Part shown: positions 38,953 through 49,497 of the stretch, piece after piece
Numbering within the stretch: position 1 is the first letter of the stretch
Layout of the letters: each line of letters opens with the position of its first letter
DNA from: Defluviicoccus sp.
GTDB lineage: Bacteria > Pseudomonadota > Alphaproteobacteria > MPNO01
Direction of reading: 5' to 3'
NCBI GenBank assembly: GCA_028820505.1
Contig: JAPPIT010000225.1
Span: 356-64,355 of the forward strand
DNA length: 64,000 bases
Notes under the pieces: model-generated
The model's database searches: none
What the model saw: only the letters and a program-made list of their open reading frames with translations
What the model was told of the DNA's origin: nothing
Translations under genes and position numbers: made by a program

Positions 38953-40056
38953 ATGAAACGCTTCAAGGGACTCTGCCTCGCTTTCGCGGGCACCTTTCTG
39001 ATCGGCGCCGGTTCGGCGCTTGCGGATATCACCATCGCGACCGTGGGACCGATAACGGGGCAATACGCTTCGTTCGGCGAACAGATGAAGCGCGGGGCGG
39101 AAGCGGCCGTCCGCGACATCAACGCCAAAGGCGGCGTGCTGGGTCAGAAGCTGAAGCTGGAAGTCGGCGACGACGCCTGCGATCCGAAGCAGGCTGTCGC
39201 GGTCGCCAACGACATGGCTTCGAAAGGCGTGCGCTTCGTCGCCGGGCATTTCTGCTCGGGTTCGTCGATCCCGGCATCGAACGTCTATGCCGACGAAGGA
39301 ATGATCCAGATTTCCCCGGCCTCGACCAATCCGAAGCTCACCGAACGCGGTCTGGCGACGACGTTCCGGACCTGCGGCCGCGACGACCAGCAGGGCATCG
39401 TCGCCGGCAAGTTCCTCGCCGAGATGTTCGGATCGAGCAAGATCGCCATCCTTCACGACAAGACGGCCTACGGCAAAGGTCTTGCCGACGAGACCCGCAA
39501 GGCGCTCAAGGCCAATGGCAAGAAGGAGGCGCTTTACGAAGCCTACACCGCGGGCGAGAAGGACTACACGGCGCTCGTTTCCAAGCTGAAACAGAACGGT
39601 ATCGACGTGGTCTATCTCGGGGGTTACCACACCGAGGCCGGGCTCATCGTCCGCCAGATGCGCGCCCAGGGCATGAAGACCCGGATGGTGTCCGGCGATG
39701 CCCTGGTCACCCAGGAATACTGGGCGATCACCGGCGACGCGGGCGAGGGGACGCTGATGACGTTCAGCCCGGATCCGCGCAAGAACCCCGACGCGAAGCC
39801 CCTGGTCGAACGGTTCCGCAAGGACGGGTACGAGCCCGAGGGCTACACGCTCTACACCTACGGAGCGATCCAGGCCTGGGCGCAGGCGGTCGGACGCGCG
39901 AAGTCGATGGATGCCGATCCCGTGATCGAGCAGCTCCGGGCGGGCAATTTCGATACCGTCCTCGGGAATATCGGATTCGACGCCAAGGGCGACGTCACGG
40001 CGCCCGGCTACGTTTTCTACGAGTGGAAAGCCGGGGAGTACGACTACCTGAAATAG
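38953..40056 (+). CDS. branched-chain amino acid ABC transporter substrate-binding protein (LivJ/LivK family), orphan
   Basis: Signal peptide MKRFKGLCLAFAGTFLIGAGSALA; Leu/Ile/Val-binding-protein family; no partner permease or ATPase genes nearby. Confidence 0.8.
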   Translation: MKRFKGLCLAFAGTFLIGAGSALADITIATVGPITGQYASFGEQMKRGAEAAVRDINAKGGVLGQKLKLEVGDDACDPKQAVAVANDMASKGVRFVAGHFCSGSSIPASNVYADEGMIQISPASTNPKLTERGLATTFRTCGRDDQQGIVAGKFLAEMFGSSKIAILHDKTAYGKGLADETRKALKANGKKEALYEAYTAGEKDYTALVSKLKQNGIDVVYLGGYHTEAGLIVRQMRAQGMKTRMVSGDALVTQEYWAITGDAGEGTLMTFSPDPRKNPDAKPLVERFRKDGYEPEGYTLYTYGAIQAWAQAVGRAKSMDADPVIEQLRAGNFDTVLGNIGFDAKGDVTAPGYVFYEWKAGEYDYLK

Positions 40057-40126
40057 GCCGGGGGACCGGCGGCGCCGGCAACCGCTGGCGCCGCTCTCCC
40101 CTTGGAGCACGCACGGGACACGACCG

Positions 40127-40579
40127 TCAGGCGGCTCCGCGCTGAGCCTGCTGAGGCCCTTGGCCCTTCTTTCGTCCCAGCCCGATTCTCTTTGCGAACT
40201 CGGACCGCTTGGCCGCGTAGTTGGGGGCGACCATCGGGTAGTCGGCCGGGAGCCCCCATTTCACGCGGTACTCATCCGGCGTCATGTCGTACACCGCGCG
40301 GAGATGCCGCTTGAGCATCTTGAGCTTCTTGCCGTCCTCGAGACAAACGATGTAGTCCGGCGTGACCGAATGACGGACGTTGATCGCCGGTTTCGGCGGC
40401 TCCGTGCCGACCTGCGGCCCGTCGCGGTCGAGGACGCTGAGCGACCTGTAAACCGTGTTGATTACGTCCGGTATGTCGTTGGCGGCAACGGCGTTCTTGC
40501 CGACATAGGCGGCAACGATCTGGACCGACATGCGGAGGATTTCCGAACGGTCCGCGGGGTCCTTTGAATTGTCCACCAT
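40127..40579 (-). CDS. MucR/Ros family transcriptional regulator with non-canonical zinc-ligand positions
   Basis: N-terminal SEILRMSVQIVAAYV and C-terminal VCLEDGKKLKMLKRHLRAVYDMTPDEYRVKWGLPADYPMVAPNYA align to Ros87; ligand positions read C, D, H, Y instead of C, C, H, H. Confidence 0.85.
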   Translation of the reverse strand: MVDNSKDPADRSEILRMSVQIVAAYVGKNAVAANDIPDVINTVYRSLSVLDRDGPQVGTEPPKPAINVRHSVTPDYIVCLEDGKKLKMLKRHLRAVYDMTPDEYRVKWGLPADYPMVAPNYAAKRSEFAKRIGLGRKKGQGPQQAQRGAA

Positions 40580-40926
40580 TTGGCTTGGCTGCCCTCAATT
40601 GTAAGTTGAACAAATTGCAGATGGCACAAACAATACCAATTGTCAAATGAAATTGTAACAGATCGATACAGAAAATAATCTTATAAAAAGCCGCCTAAAC
40701 CCGGAATACCATGTATTTCTTTCCAAGTTCTTCAAGTCAACCAAAGAATTCCGGAACCGATATGCATGTCTTGGCTTCCGATAAAGTGTAAACGAAATGC
40801 CAGATTTATTCTACTGCAAATGAGGCGGCGTGTCGCGTCTTTGACCGCACCGGCCGGACCTCGGGCCGATTCCGCGATTCTTGGCAACCTCCCCGGCGGT
40901 ATGGTATCAGGCGCGGACCCGAGCCC
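40580..40926. promoter_or_regulatory. AT-rich divergent control region (mucR-like / rpiB) with repeated AATTGTAA-type motifs
   Basis: ~300 nt at much lower GC; CAATTGTAAGTTGAACAAATTG ... CAATTGTCAAATGAAATTGTAAC. Confidence 0.4.
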
Positions 40927-40941
40927 TTGAGTCCCACCGCG

Positions 40942-41388
40942 ATGCCCGAAAAGACGGTTGCCCTGGCTGCGGACCATGCCGGCTTCGCGTTAAAGTCGCA
41001 CCTCCTCGACTGGCTCTCCGGCAGGGGTATCGTCACCAGGGATCTCGGCACCGACAGCGAGGACGCGGTGGACTACCCCGACTTCGCCGGAGCCCTTGTC
41101 GACATCCTGCAGGCCGGCGCGGCGGAGTGCGGGGTGTTGATTTGCGGCAGCGGCATCGGCATGTCGATTGCCGCCAACCGGCATCGCGGCATCCGTGCCG
41201 CCCTGGCGAGCGATGCCGAAACGGCGCGGCTTGCGCGTCAGCATAACGACGCGAACGTTCTGGTTCTTCCGGGGCGTCACATTTCGACCGTCGAGGCAGA
41301 GTGCTGCATGGAAGCGTTCCTTACGGCGACCTTCGAGGGAGGGCGGCACCGGCGCCGCCTGGACAAGATCGCTCAAGGAGTATCATAA
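40942..41388 (+). CDS. rpiB: ribose-5-phosphate isomerase B
   Basis: [15 protein letters not shown]...[14 protein letters not shown] (RpiB/LacAB family). Confidence 0.8.
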   Translation: MPEKTVALAADHAGFALKSHLLDWLSGRGIVTRDLGTDSEDAVDYPDFAGALVDILQAGAAECGVLICGSGIGMSIAANRHRGIRAALASDAETARLARQHNDANVLVLPGRHISTVEAECCMEAFLTATFEGGRHRRRLDKIAQGVS

Positions 41389-41398
41389 CGGGGATGAC

Positions 41399-42709
41399 AT
41401 GTCAGTAAAACAACTTGAAGGCGATGCGGAGATCCACGAAGGCTTCTTCGAACACCCGATTTGCGATTCCGATCCCGCGGTGGACGCCGCGCTGCGCTCG
41501 GAACTGGCTCGCCAGCAGGACCAGATCGAACTCATCGCCTCCGAGAACATCGTTTCGCGCGCCGTGCTGGAGGCGGCGGGCTCCGTGCTGACCAACAAAT
41601 ATGCCGAGGGCTATCCCGGCCGGCGCTATTACGGCGGATGCGAATTCGTCGACGTCGCCGAAAACCTCGCCATCGAGCGGGCCAAGACGCTGTTCGGCTG
41701 CGCCTTCGCCAACGTGCAGCCGCATTCGGGCGCTCAGGCCAACGCCGCGGTCTATTTCGCGCTCTGCAAGCCCGGGGACACGATCCTCGGGCTGTCGCTC
41801 GCCGCCGGCGGACATCTGACCCATGGCGCGGCGCCCAACCTGTCGGGCAAGTGGTTCGACGCGGTGCAGTACGGCGTGCGCGAGGACGACGGCCGGATCG
41901 ACATGGACGAGGTGGCCCGACTCGCCCGCGAGCATCGTCCGAGGGTCATCGTCGCCGGCGGGTCCGCCTATCCGAGAATCATCGATTTCGCCGCATTCCG
42001 CGAGATAGCCGACGAGGTCGACGCCTGCCTGTTCGTCGACATGGCCCACTTCGCGGGACTCGTCGCGGGCGGCGTTCATCCCAGCCCCTTGCCCCATGCC
42101 CATGTCGTCGCGACGACGACCCACAAGACCCTGCGCGGCCCCCGCGGGGGCATGGTGCTGACCGATGACGAGGCGATCGCGCGAAAGATCAACTCTGCGA
42201 TTTTCCCGGGAACCCAGGGCGGGCCGCTCATGCATATCGTTGCCGCGAAGGCGGTAGCGCTGGGCGAGGCGCTGCGGCCCTCCTTCCCGCGCTACGCCGC
42301 CGCCGTGGTGGAGAACGCCAGGACCCTCGCGCAGACCCTGCTCGACGGCGGCCTGAACATCGTGTCCGGCGGTACCGACACGCATCTGATGCTGGTCGAC
42401 CTCAGGCCGAAGGGGCTGACCGGCAAGACCGCCGAGCAAAGCCTCGAACGGGCCGGCATCACCTGCAACAAGAACGCGGTTCCGTTCGATCCGGAGAAGC
42501 CGACCGTAGCGTCGGGAGTCAGGCTGGGATCGCCCGCGGCGACCACCCGCGGATTCGGTCCGGCGGAGTTTGCGCGGGTCGGCGCGCTGATCCTCGAAGT
42601 GCTCGACGGGCTCGCCTCGGGAAGCAACGACAACGGCCCCGTCGAGACCTCGGTACGCCAGCGCGTGCGTGCCCTGTGCGACCGATTTCCGATATACCCC
42701 CACCAGTGA
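41399..42709 (+). CDS. glyA: serine hydroxymethyltransferase
   Basis: 436 aa; [20 protein letters not shown]-Lys region [13 protein letters not shown]. Confidence 0.9.
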   Translation: MSVKQLEGDAEIHEGFFEHPICDSDPAVDAALRSELARQQDQIELIASENIVSRAVLEAAGSVLTNKYAEGYPGRRYYGGCEFVDVAENLAIERAKTLFGCAFANVQPHSGAQANAAVYFALCKPGDTILGLSLAAGGHLTHGAAPNLSGKWFDAVQYGVREDDGRIDMDEVARLAREHRPRVIVAGGSAYPRIIDFAAFREIADEVDACLFVDMAHFAGLVAGGVHPSPLPHAHVVATTTHKTLRGPRGGMVLTDDEAIARKINSAIFPGTQGGPLMHIVAAKAVALGEALRPSFPRYAAAVVENARTLAQTLLDGGLNIVSGGTDTHLMLVDLRPKGLTGKTAEQSLERAGITCNKNAVPFDPEKPTVASGVRLGSPAATTRGFGPAEFARVGALILEVLDGLASGSNDNGPVETSVRQRVRALCDRFPIYPHQ

Positions 42710-42728
42710 CCGGGGTTAGGATGCGCTG

Positions 42729-43193
42729 ATGCGTTGCCCCTTTTGCGGTCACGGCGACACCCAGGTGCGGGACTCGCGCCCGACGGAAGACAATTCCGCG
42801 ATCCGCCGGCGCCGATCCTGCCAGTCCTGCGGGCAACGGTTCACCACTTTCGAAAGGGTGCAGCTCCGCGAACTGACGGTGGTCAAGAAGGACGGCGCGC
42901 GCGAGCCGCTCGACCGCGAGAAGCTGGAGCGCTCGATGCGGATCGCCCTGCGCAAGCGGCCCGTCGAGGCCGAGCGCGTCGAGCTGGTCATCAACAGCAT
43001 CATCCGCCGGCTGGAGAGTTCGGGCGAGACGGAAGTGAACTCCGACACGATCGGGGAAATGGTGATGGACGCGCTCTCCACCCTGGACCAGGTCGCCTAT
43101 GTCCGTTTCGCATCGGTCTATCGCAACTTCCGCGAGGCGCGCGACTTCGGAGACTTCATCGGCAATCTCGGTGTCGTCGAAGGCGGAGAGTGA
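42729..43193 (+). CDS. nrdR: transcriptional repressor NrdR
   Basis: [17 protein letters not shown] zinc ribbon plus ATP-cone. Confidence 0.9.
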   Translation: MRCPFCGHGDTQVRDSRPTEDNSAIRRRRSCQSCGQRFTTFERVQLRELTVVKKDGAREPLDREKLERSMRIALRKRPVEAERVELVINSIIRRLESSGETEVNSDTIGEMVMDALSTLDQVAYVRFASVYRNFREARDFGDFIGNLGVVEGGE

Positions 43194-43203
43194 CCGGCGC
43201 TTC

Positions 43204-44295
43204 ATGCGCGGCGCGATTTCGATCGCGCGCCGCGCGCTCGGCAATGCCTGGCCGAATCCTGCCGTGGGCTGCGTTATCGTCCGCGACGGCGTCGCGGTCG
43301 GACGCGGATGGACGGCGCCCGGGGGCCGCCCCCACGCGGAAACCGAGGCGCTCGCCCGCGCCGGCGCCGGGGCCCGGGGAGCCACGGCCTATGTCACCCT
43401 GGAACCGTGCGCCCATGTCGGCCGGACCCCGCCCTGCGCGGACGCGTTGATCGAGGCCGGAATCTCCCGCGTCGTCGTCGCCTGCCGGGATCCCGACCCG
43501 CGCGTGGACGGCCGAGGCATGGGGACGCTGGCCGCGGCGGGCGTCGCGGTCGAAACGGGTCTGTGCGCCGACGAGGCCGAGGAGGGGCTGAGCGGCTTTC
43601 TGACCCGGGTCCGCCACGGCCGCCCCGCAATCACGCTCAAGCTCGCCACCACGCTCGACGGCCGGATCGCGACGCGGTCCGGCGAAAGCCGCTGGATAAC
43701 GGGCGAGGCGGCGCGCCGGGCCGCTCACATGCTGCGCGCCCGGCACGACGCGATCCTGGTCGGGGCGGGTACCGCGCGACAGGACGATCCGCGCCTGACA
43801 TGCCGGCTTCCCGGGCTGGAGGAGCGGAGTCCCGTCCGCATCGTCGTCGAGGGGCGCGAGCCCGTTCCGGCGGCCCATTCGCTGATCGCCGACGCGGCCC
43901 GCATCCCGACCTGGGCGATGGTGGCGGAACCGCTCGCAGCCGAGCGCGGGGAGACATATCGGGACACCGGCGTCGAGCTCGAGGCGGTCGCGGCCGACCG
44001 TGCGGGCGACGTCGATCTCGCCGCGGCGCTCGGAATCGTCGCCCGAAGGGGAATCACGTCGGTGCTGGTCGAAGGCGGAGGGCGCATCGCGGCGGCGCTC
44101 CTCCGCGCCGGCCTCGTCGACCGTCTGGTGTGGTACCGGTCCGGGTTGGCCATCGGCGCCGACGGCGCCCCGGCACTCGGAGCGCTGGAGGTCGACGCGC
44201 TTGACGCCGCGCCGCGCTTCGGGAAGATAGCGAGCCGGCCGGTCGGCGAGGACGTCGAGGAAGTTTACCGGCCGGCGTCGAAGCCGGACGGTTGA
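43204..44295 (+). CDS. ribD: bifunctional diaminohydroxyphosphoribosylaminopyrimidine deaminase / 5-amino-6-(5-phosphoribosylamino)uracil reductase
   Basis: Deaminase zinc motif HAETEAL...TLEPCAH..TPPC and reductase domain. Confidence 0.85.
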   Translation: MRGAISIARRALGNAWPNPAVGCVIVRDGVAVGRGWTAPGGRPHAETEALARAGAGARGATAYVTLEPCAHVGRTPPCADALIEAGISRVVVACRDPDPRVDGRGMGTLAAAGVAVETGLCADEAEEGLSGFLTRVRHGRPAITLKLATTLDGRIATRSGESRWITGEAARRAAHMLRARHDAILVGAGTARQDDPRLTCRLPGLEERSPVRIVVEGREPVPAAHSLIADAARIPTWAMVAEPLAAERGETYRDTGVELEAVAADRAGDVDLAAALGIVARRGITSVLVEGGGRIAAALLRAGLVDRLVWYRSGLAIGADGAPALGALEVDALDAAPRFGKIASRPVGEDVEEVYRPASKPDG

Positions 44296-44307
44296 GCGGA
44301 CAGGCCG

Positions 44308-44895
44308 ATGTTTACCGGAATCGTGACCGATCTGGGGCGCGTGCGCGCGATCGCGAAGGACGGCGACACGCGGTTCGACTTCGAGACCGGCTACGACACG
44401 GCGGAGATCGCGATCGGCGCGTCCATCGCGTGTTCCGGCCCGTGCCTCACGGTTGTCGACAAGGCGCCCGGCCGGTTCGCCGTCCAGGCCTCCGCCGAGA
44501 CCCTGGCGCGCACCACGCTGGGAAGCTGGACGGTCGGCACACCGGTCAATTTCGAGCGCGCGCTCAGGATCGGCGACGAGCTCGGCGGGCATATCGTGTC
44601 GGGTCATGTCGACGGCGTCGCCACCGTCCTGGAAACGCGCGCCGAGGGCGACAGCACGCGCTTCGTGTTCGCGGCTCCCGAGGGTTTGGCGCACTATGTC
44701 GCGCCGAAGGGGTCGATCGCGCTCGACGGCGTGTCGCTCACCGTCAACGAGGTTGACGAAAGAGGTTTCGGGGTCAACATCATCCCGCATACGCGCCGAC
44801 ACACGACGTTCGGCCATCTGGCGGAGGGCGACCGGGTGAATTTCGAGGTCGACACCATCGCCCGATATGTCGACCGGCTGACGGCGCGGAACTGA
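44308..44895 (+). CDS. ribE: riboflavin synthase (alpha subunit; ribE in B. subtilis nomenclature)
   Basis: MFTGIV..G two-lumazine-binding repeats. Confidence 0.85.
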   Translation: MFTGIVTDLGRVRAIAKDGDTRFDFETGYDTAEIAIGASIACSGPCLTVVDKAPGRFAVQASAETLARTTLGSWTVGTPVNFERALRIGDELGGHIVSGHVDGVATVLETRAEGDSTRFVFAAPEGLAHYVAPKGSIALDGVSLTVNEVDERGFGVNIIPHTRRHTTFGHLAEGDRVNFEVDTIARYVDRLTARN

Positions 44896-44908
44896 AGAGA
44901 GGGTTTCC

Positions 44909-46129
44909 TTGAGCGACAGCCTCAAACGCGTGGCCCCGTCGAAGGTTGCCGAAGCGCTCGACGACACGACCGGATTCCTCTCCTCCATCGAGGACGTGAT
45001 CGAGGACATCCGGAACGGGCGGGTGGTGATCCTGGTCGACGACGAGGACCGCGAGAACGAGGGCGACCTCGTCGTCGCCGCCCAGATGGCGACGCCGGAG
45101 GTGGTCAACTTCATGGCGACCCACGGGCGCGGGCTGGTCTGCCTCGCGATGACGCGCGAACGGGTCGACAATCTGGGCCTGCCGCTGATGTCGCGGAATA
45201 ACCGGACGCGGCACCAGACCGCCTTCACGGTTTCCATCGAGGCGCGGGAAGGCGTCACCACGGGCATCTCGGCGCCCGACCGGGCGCGGACGATCGCAGT
45301 CGCGATCGACCCCACGTCCGGCGAGGAAGACATCGTCACCCCCGGCCATATCTTCCCGCTGGTCGCATGCGACGGCGGGGTGCTGGAACGCGCCGGCCAT
45401 ACCGAAGCCTCGGTCGATATCGCGCGCCTGGCGGGACTCAACCCGTCGGGCGTGATCTGCGAGATCATGAAGGACGACGGCACCATGGCCCGTCTTCCCG
45501 ATCTCATCCCGTTCGCGCAGTTCCACGGGCTCAAGGTCGCGACCATCGCCGACCTGATCGCGTACCGGTTGCGCAACGACAGCCTCGTCGAGCGCGTGCT
45601 CGCCACCCGGCTCACACGCAAGCACGGCGGCGATTTCCGGCTGATCGTCTACGTCAACAAGATCACCGGCGCCGAGCACCTGGCGCTGATCAAGGGCGAC
45701 ATTTCCGGGCCGGAGCCGGTGCCGGTCCGAATGCACGCCATCAACGTGCTCGACGACGTCATCCAGGACGAGACCGCGGGGCGCGCCGGCGTCATCGAAT
45801 CCTGCATACGGACCATCGGCGAGGCGGGGAGGGGCGTCGTGGTGCTGATCCGCGACTCCTTCGCCCAGAGTTTCGTCAACCAGGTGCGCCAGCGCCACGA
45901 GATCCCGGGCGATCCCGGCGCCGCCTCGATGGAGGTGAGCGTCACCACGGGCGCCGAGACGGCGTTCGCGCCGCCCGCGCTCCGCGATTACGGGGTGGGC
46001 GCGCAGATCCTGCGCGACCTGGGCGTGACCGAGATGATCCTGCTGACCAACCACAACCGGACCGTCGTCGGGCTCGAAGGTTACGGGATCAAGATCGTCG
46101 GGCACCGCCCGATCGAACCGGTGGTCTAG
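44909..46129 (+). CDS. ribB: 3,4-dihydroxy-2-butanone-4-phosphate synthase with C-terminal GTP-cyclohydrolase-II-like domain lacking the zinc Cys triad (RibBA-type)
   Basis: N-terminal RibB motifs [17 protein letters not shown]; C-terminal half lacks the C-x10-CxC zinc site. Confidence 0.85.
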   Translation: MSDSLKRVAPSKVAEALDDTTGFLSSIEDVIEDIRNGRVVILVDDEDRENEGDLVVAAQMATPEVVNFMATHGRGLVCLAMTRERVDNLGLPLMSRNNRTRHQTAFTVSIEAREGVTTGISAPDRARTIAVAIDPTSGEEDIVTPGHIFPLVACDGGVLERAGHTEASVDIARLAGLNPSGVICEIMKDDGTMARLPDLIPFAQFHGLKVATIADLIAYRLRNDSLVERVLATRLTRKHGGDFRLIVYVNKITGAEHLALIKGDISGPEPVPVRMHAINVLDDVIQDETAGRAGVIESCIRTIGEAGRGVVVLIRDSFAQSFVNQVRQRHEIPGDPGAASMEVSVTTGAETAFAPPALRDYGVGAQILRDLGVTEMILLTNHNRTVVGLEGYGIKIVGHRPIEPVV

Positions 46130-46140
46130 CGGGGGCGGGC

Positions 46141-46596
46141 ATGGCGGCGCATGTGATGATCGTCGAGGCGCGGTTCTACGACGAGATCGCCGACGCGCTC
46201 TTCGACGGCGCGACCGCGGCGCTCGACGCGGCGGGCGCGACCTACGAGCGGTTTTCGGTCCCCGGGGCGTTCGAGATCCCCGCCTCGATCGGCTTCGCTG
46301 CGCGCGCGATGGAGGGGCCGGACCCGGCCGGCCGGTTCGACGGGTTCGTCGCGCTGGGCTGCGTCATTCGCGGGCAGACGACGCATTACGACTATGTCTG
46401 CACCGAGAGCGCGCGCGGGCTCCAGGACCTCGCCCTGCACCGCGGGCTCGCCATCGGCTACGGCATCCTCACCTGCGAGAACGGCGAGCAGGCGATGCAC
46501 CGCGCGAGACGCGACGAGGCCGATCGCGGCGGCGCCGCGGCGCGGGCCTGCCTCGCCATGATCGAGCTCAAGGCGCGTCTCGGGCTGGCAGGCTGA
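46141..46596 (+). CDS. ribH: 6,7-dimethyl-8-ribityllumazine synthase
   Basis: 151 aa lumazine-synthase fold; position between ribBA and nusB. Confidence 0.85.
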   Translation: MAAHVMIVEARFYDEIADALFDGATAALDAAGATYERFSVPGAFEIPASIGFAARAMEGPDPAGRFDGFVALGCVIRGQTTHYDYVCTESARGLQDLALHRGLAIGYGILTCENGEQAMHRARRDEADRGGAAARACLAMIELKARLGLAG

Positions 46597-47132
46597 TGCC
46601 CGCCCCCCGCGCCGGCTCCGACAGGCCGCGGCAGGCCGACGCGGCGCGGTTGAGCGCGGCGCGCCTCGCCGCCGTCCAGGCGCTTTACCAGATGGAGCTG
46701 ACCGGCGCCGCCGTCGAGGACGTGCTGGCGCAGTTCCTTCGCTACCACCGGGACGGCGTTCTCGACCGGGACGAGACCCCGGTCCGGCCCAAGAGCGCGC
46801 TGTTCGCCGAAATCCTTCGCGGAACCACCGTCAGGCGGCGGGAAATCGAGGACATCCTGCGCGCCGCCCTCAACCCGTCATGGCCGCTCGAGCGGATCGA
46901 GGTCCTGCTCGCCTGCATCCTGCGCGCCGGCGTGTTCGAGCTGCTCGGCCGCCCGGCGACGCCCGCCCGCGTGGCGGTCTCCGAATATGTCGACCTCGCC
47001 GACGCGTTCTTCGCCGCCGCCGAGAAGGGAATGACCAACGCCGTGCTCGACAGGGTCGCGCGGCGGCTGCGAAGCGGCGAGTTCGCGGAGTCCGGAGGTC
47101 CCGCCGATGCCCGGGCGGCCACGGCCGGGTGA
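46596..47132 (+). CDS. nusB: transcription antitermination factor NusB
   Basis: ARLAAVQALYQMEL...; ATGA overlap with ribH. Confidence 0.85.
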   Translation: MPAPRAGSDRPRQADAARLSAARLAAVQALYQMELTGAAVEDVLAQFLRYHRDGVLDRDETPVRPKSALFAEILRGTTVRRREIEDILRAALNPSWPLERIEVLLACILRAGVFELLGRPATPARVAVSEYVDLADAFFAAAEKGMTNAVLDRVARRLRSGEFAESGGPADARAATAG

Positions 47133-48090
47133 GTTCGAGCTCATCCGGGAGCTCTTCGCGCCGCTCGCGGCGGACGAGCCCGGAGCGCTCGGCCTTCTCG
47201 ACGACGCGGCGCTGATCGCGCCCCGGCCGGGCTTCGAACTCGTCACCGCCATCGACACGATCGTCGAGGGGGTCCATTTCCTGCCCGCGGATCCGCCTTT
47301 CGACGTCGCGCGCAAGCTCATGCGCGTGAACCTGTCCGATCTCGCCGCGATGGGAGCGAGGCCGCGCGCCTACCTGCTCGGCCTCGTCGTGCCCGACGCG
47401 CTGGATTTCGACTGGCTGCGGGATTTCGCGCGCGGGCTTGCGTCCGATCAGGTCCGGTTCGGCATGACCCTGGCGGGAGGCGATACCACCGCGACGACCG
47501 GTCCTCCCTGTCTCTCTCTCACAGCGATCGGCGAGGTCGAACCCGGCCGGGCGCTCCTGCGGTCGAACGCGGCGCCGGGTGAGCACATCTACGTATCAGG
47601 CGCCATCGGCGACGCCGCGCTCGGCCTGCGCGTGCTGCGGGGCGAGGATACCGGGCTTCCGGAAGACGCATGTGAGGCTGCTGCCGTCCGTTACCGTTTG
47701 CCGGAGCCGCGCCTGTCCCTCGGCATGGCGGTCCCCGCCTCGGCGGCGGTGGACGTGTCCGACGGGCTGGTCGCCGATCTCGGCCATATCTGCGTGGCTT
47801 CGGGCCTGGGCGCCCGGATCGAAGCGGCGCGGGTTCCCCTGTCCGGCCCCGCCCGGGCGGCGCTCGAGCTGGGCACGGTCGGTATCGCCGATGTGCTGAC
47901 GGGCGGCGACGATTACGAGCTGGTCTTCACCGCGCCGGCGGATCGCGGCAACGCCGTCCGCGAAGCCGCGGCGCGGGTCCGCGTACCCGTCACCCGAATC
48001 GGCGCCATGACCGAAGGGGAGGGGGTGTCGGTGGTCGACGAAGCGGGCGCGGCGATGGAGATCGGCAGAGCGGGCTACGCGCATTTCTAG
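47107..48090 (+). CDS. thiL: thiamine-monophosphate kinase
   Basis: GEFELIRELF, AIRS-like fold, GDDAALI motif. Confidence 0.8.
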   Translation: MPGRPRPGEFELIRELFAPLAADEPGALGLLDDAALIAPRPGFELVTAIDTIVEGVHFLPADPPFDVARKLMRVNLSDLAAMGARPRAYLLGLVVPDALDFDWLRDFARGLASDQVRFGMTLAGGDTTATTGPPCLSLTAIGEVEPGRALLRSNAAPGEHIYVSGAIGDAALGLRVLRGEDTGLPEDACEAAAVRYRLPEPRLSLGMAVPASAAVDVSDGLVADLGHICVASGLGARIEAARVPLSGPARAALELGTVGIADVLTGGDDYELVFTAPADRGNAVREAAARVRVPVTRIGAMTEGEGVSVVDEAGAAMEIGRAGYAHF

Positions 48091-48141
48091 CCCGCCGCCG
48101 CGCCGTTTCGCCGTGCCGCCCTCATGGTTTAGTTTGCCGCC

Positions 48142-49335
48142 GTGCAGTTCTTCTCGGGCATAAACCGCAACGTCGCGCTGCTGGCGGTCTGCCAGGCGCT
48201 GATGATGACCACCACCTCGGCGATCATCGTTTCGGCGGCGTTGATCGGTCATGCGCTCGCCGAGGACAAGGCGCTCGCCACCGTTCCGGTCGCCTTCCAG
48301 TTCATCGCGACCATGCTGACCGCGATCCCGGCGTCGCTATACATGCGCCGGGTGGGACGGCGCATCGGCTTCGTCACCGGCGCGCTGATCGGCGTCGCCG
48401 GCGCGGCGATCGCGACGGCGGCGATCGTCATCGCGTCGTTCTGGCTGTTCGCCCTCGGCATCGCGCTGATCGGTTCGCTGCACGCATTCGGCCAGTTCTT
48501 CCGCTTCGCCGCCGCCGACACCGCCGGCCCGGACATGCGGAGCCGCGCGATCTCGCTGGTCCTGGCGGGCGGCGTGGTGGCGGCTTTCGCGGGCCCCAAC
48601 CTGGCCCGTTTCACCAAGGACTTTTTCGACCCCGTGGCGTTCGCCGGCACATTCGCCGCGATCGTGCTGATCTACCTGGCGATGGGTCTCGTGGCCTCGT
48701 TACTGACCATCCCGCCGATGAGCGCGGCGGACAAGAGCGGGCCGCAGCGCCCTCTGACGCAGATCCTCGGCCAGGGCAAGTGCTTCGTCGCCATCCTCGG
48801 CGCGGTGACCGGGTATACGGTCATGACCTTCCTGATGACGGTGACGCCGCTCGCGATGGAGGATTGCGGTTTCGCGTTCGGCGACTCGGCATCGGTGATC
48901 CAGTGGCACATCGTCGGCATGTTCCTGCCGTCGTTCTTCACCGGCCACCTGGTCGCCCGCTTCGGCGCGACCAACATCATGATCGCCGGCGGGTTGCTCC
49001 AGACGCTGTGCCTGGCGATCAATCTGGCCGGGATCGAGTACCTCAATTTCGTCAGCGCGCTGGTCCTGCTGGGCGTCGGGTGGAACTTCCTGTTCATCGG
49101 CAGCACCACTCTGCTCACCGAATGTTACCGCCCCTCCGAGATGGCGAAGACCCAGGGGTTCAACGACTTCTGTATCTGGGGCTGCGTCGGCGCGGGCGCG
49201 CTTCTGTCCGGCGCGTCGATCCATCACTTCGGCTGGGCGATGGTGAACACCGTGGCGATCCCGGCGATCGTCGTGGTCCTGATCGCCGTGGTCTGGCTGA
49301 AATTCGATCTCGCACGGCACCGGGCGGCGGCCTGA
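48142..49335 (+). CDS. MFS transporter
   Basis: 397 aa, 12 TM, MFS signature region. Confidence 0.75.
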   Translation: MQFFSGINRNVALLAVCQALMMTTTSAIIVSAALIGHALAEDKALATVPVAFQFIATMLTAIPASLYMRRVGRRIGFVTGALIGVAGAAIATAAIVIASFWLFALGIALIGSLHAFGQFFRFAAADTAGPDMRSRAISLVLAGGVVAAFAGPNLARFTKDFFDPVAFAGTFAAIVLIYLAMGLVASLLTIPPMSAADKSGPQRPLTQILGQGKCFVAILGAVTGYTVMTFLMTVTPLAMEDCGFAFGDSASVIQWHIVGMFLPSFFTGHLVARFGATNIMIAGGLLQTLCLAINLAGIEYLNFVSALVLLGVGWNFLFIGSTTLLTECYRPSEMAKTQGFNDFCIWGCVGAGALLSGASIHHFGWAMVNTVAIPAIVVVLIAVVWLKFDLARHRAAA

Positions 49336-49497
49336 AAGCGGCGTCGCGGGCGTGCAATGTTGCCTTGTCGGGTGAGTTCTGGCATGTTCCGCGCGCTCGT
49401 CTGAGCCTCATCACCCACAGAGCGGTCGGTTCGGCGCTCACGGTCGCGCGGACGCCGCCGCGCCGCCTTTCTCGACAAGATAAGGGATCCTGGAAGC

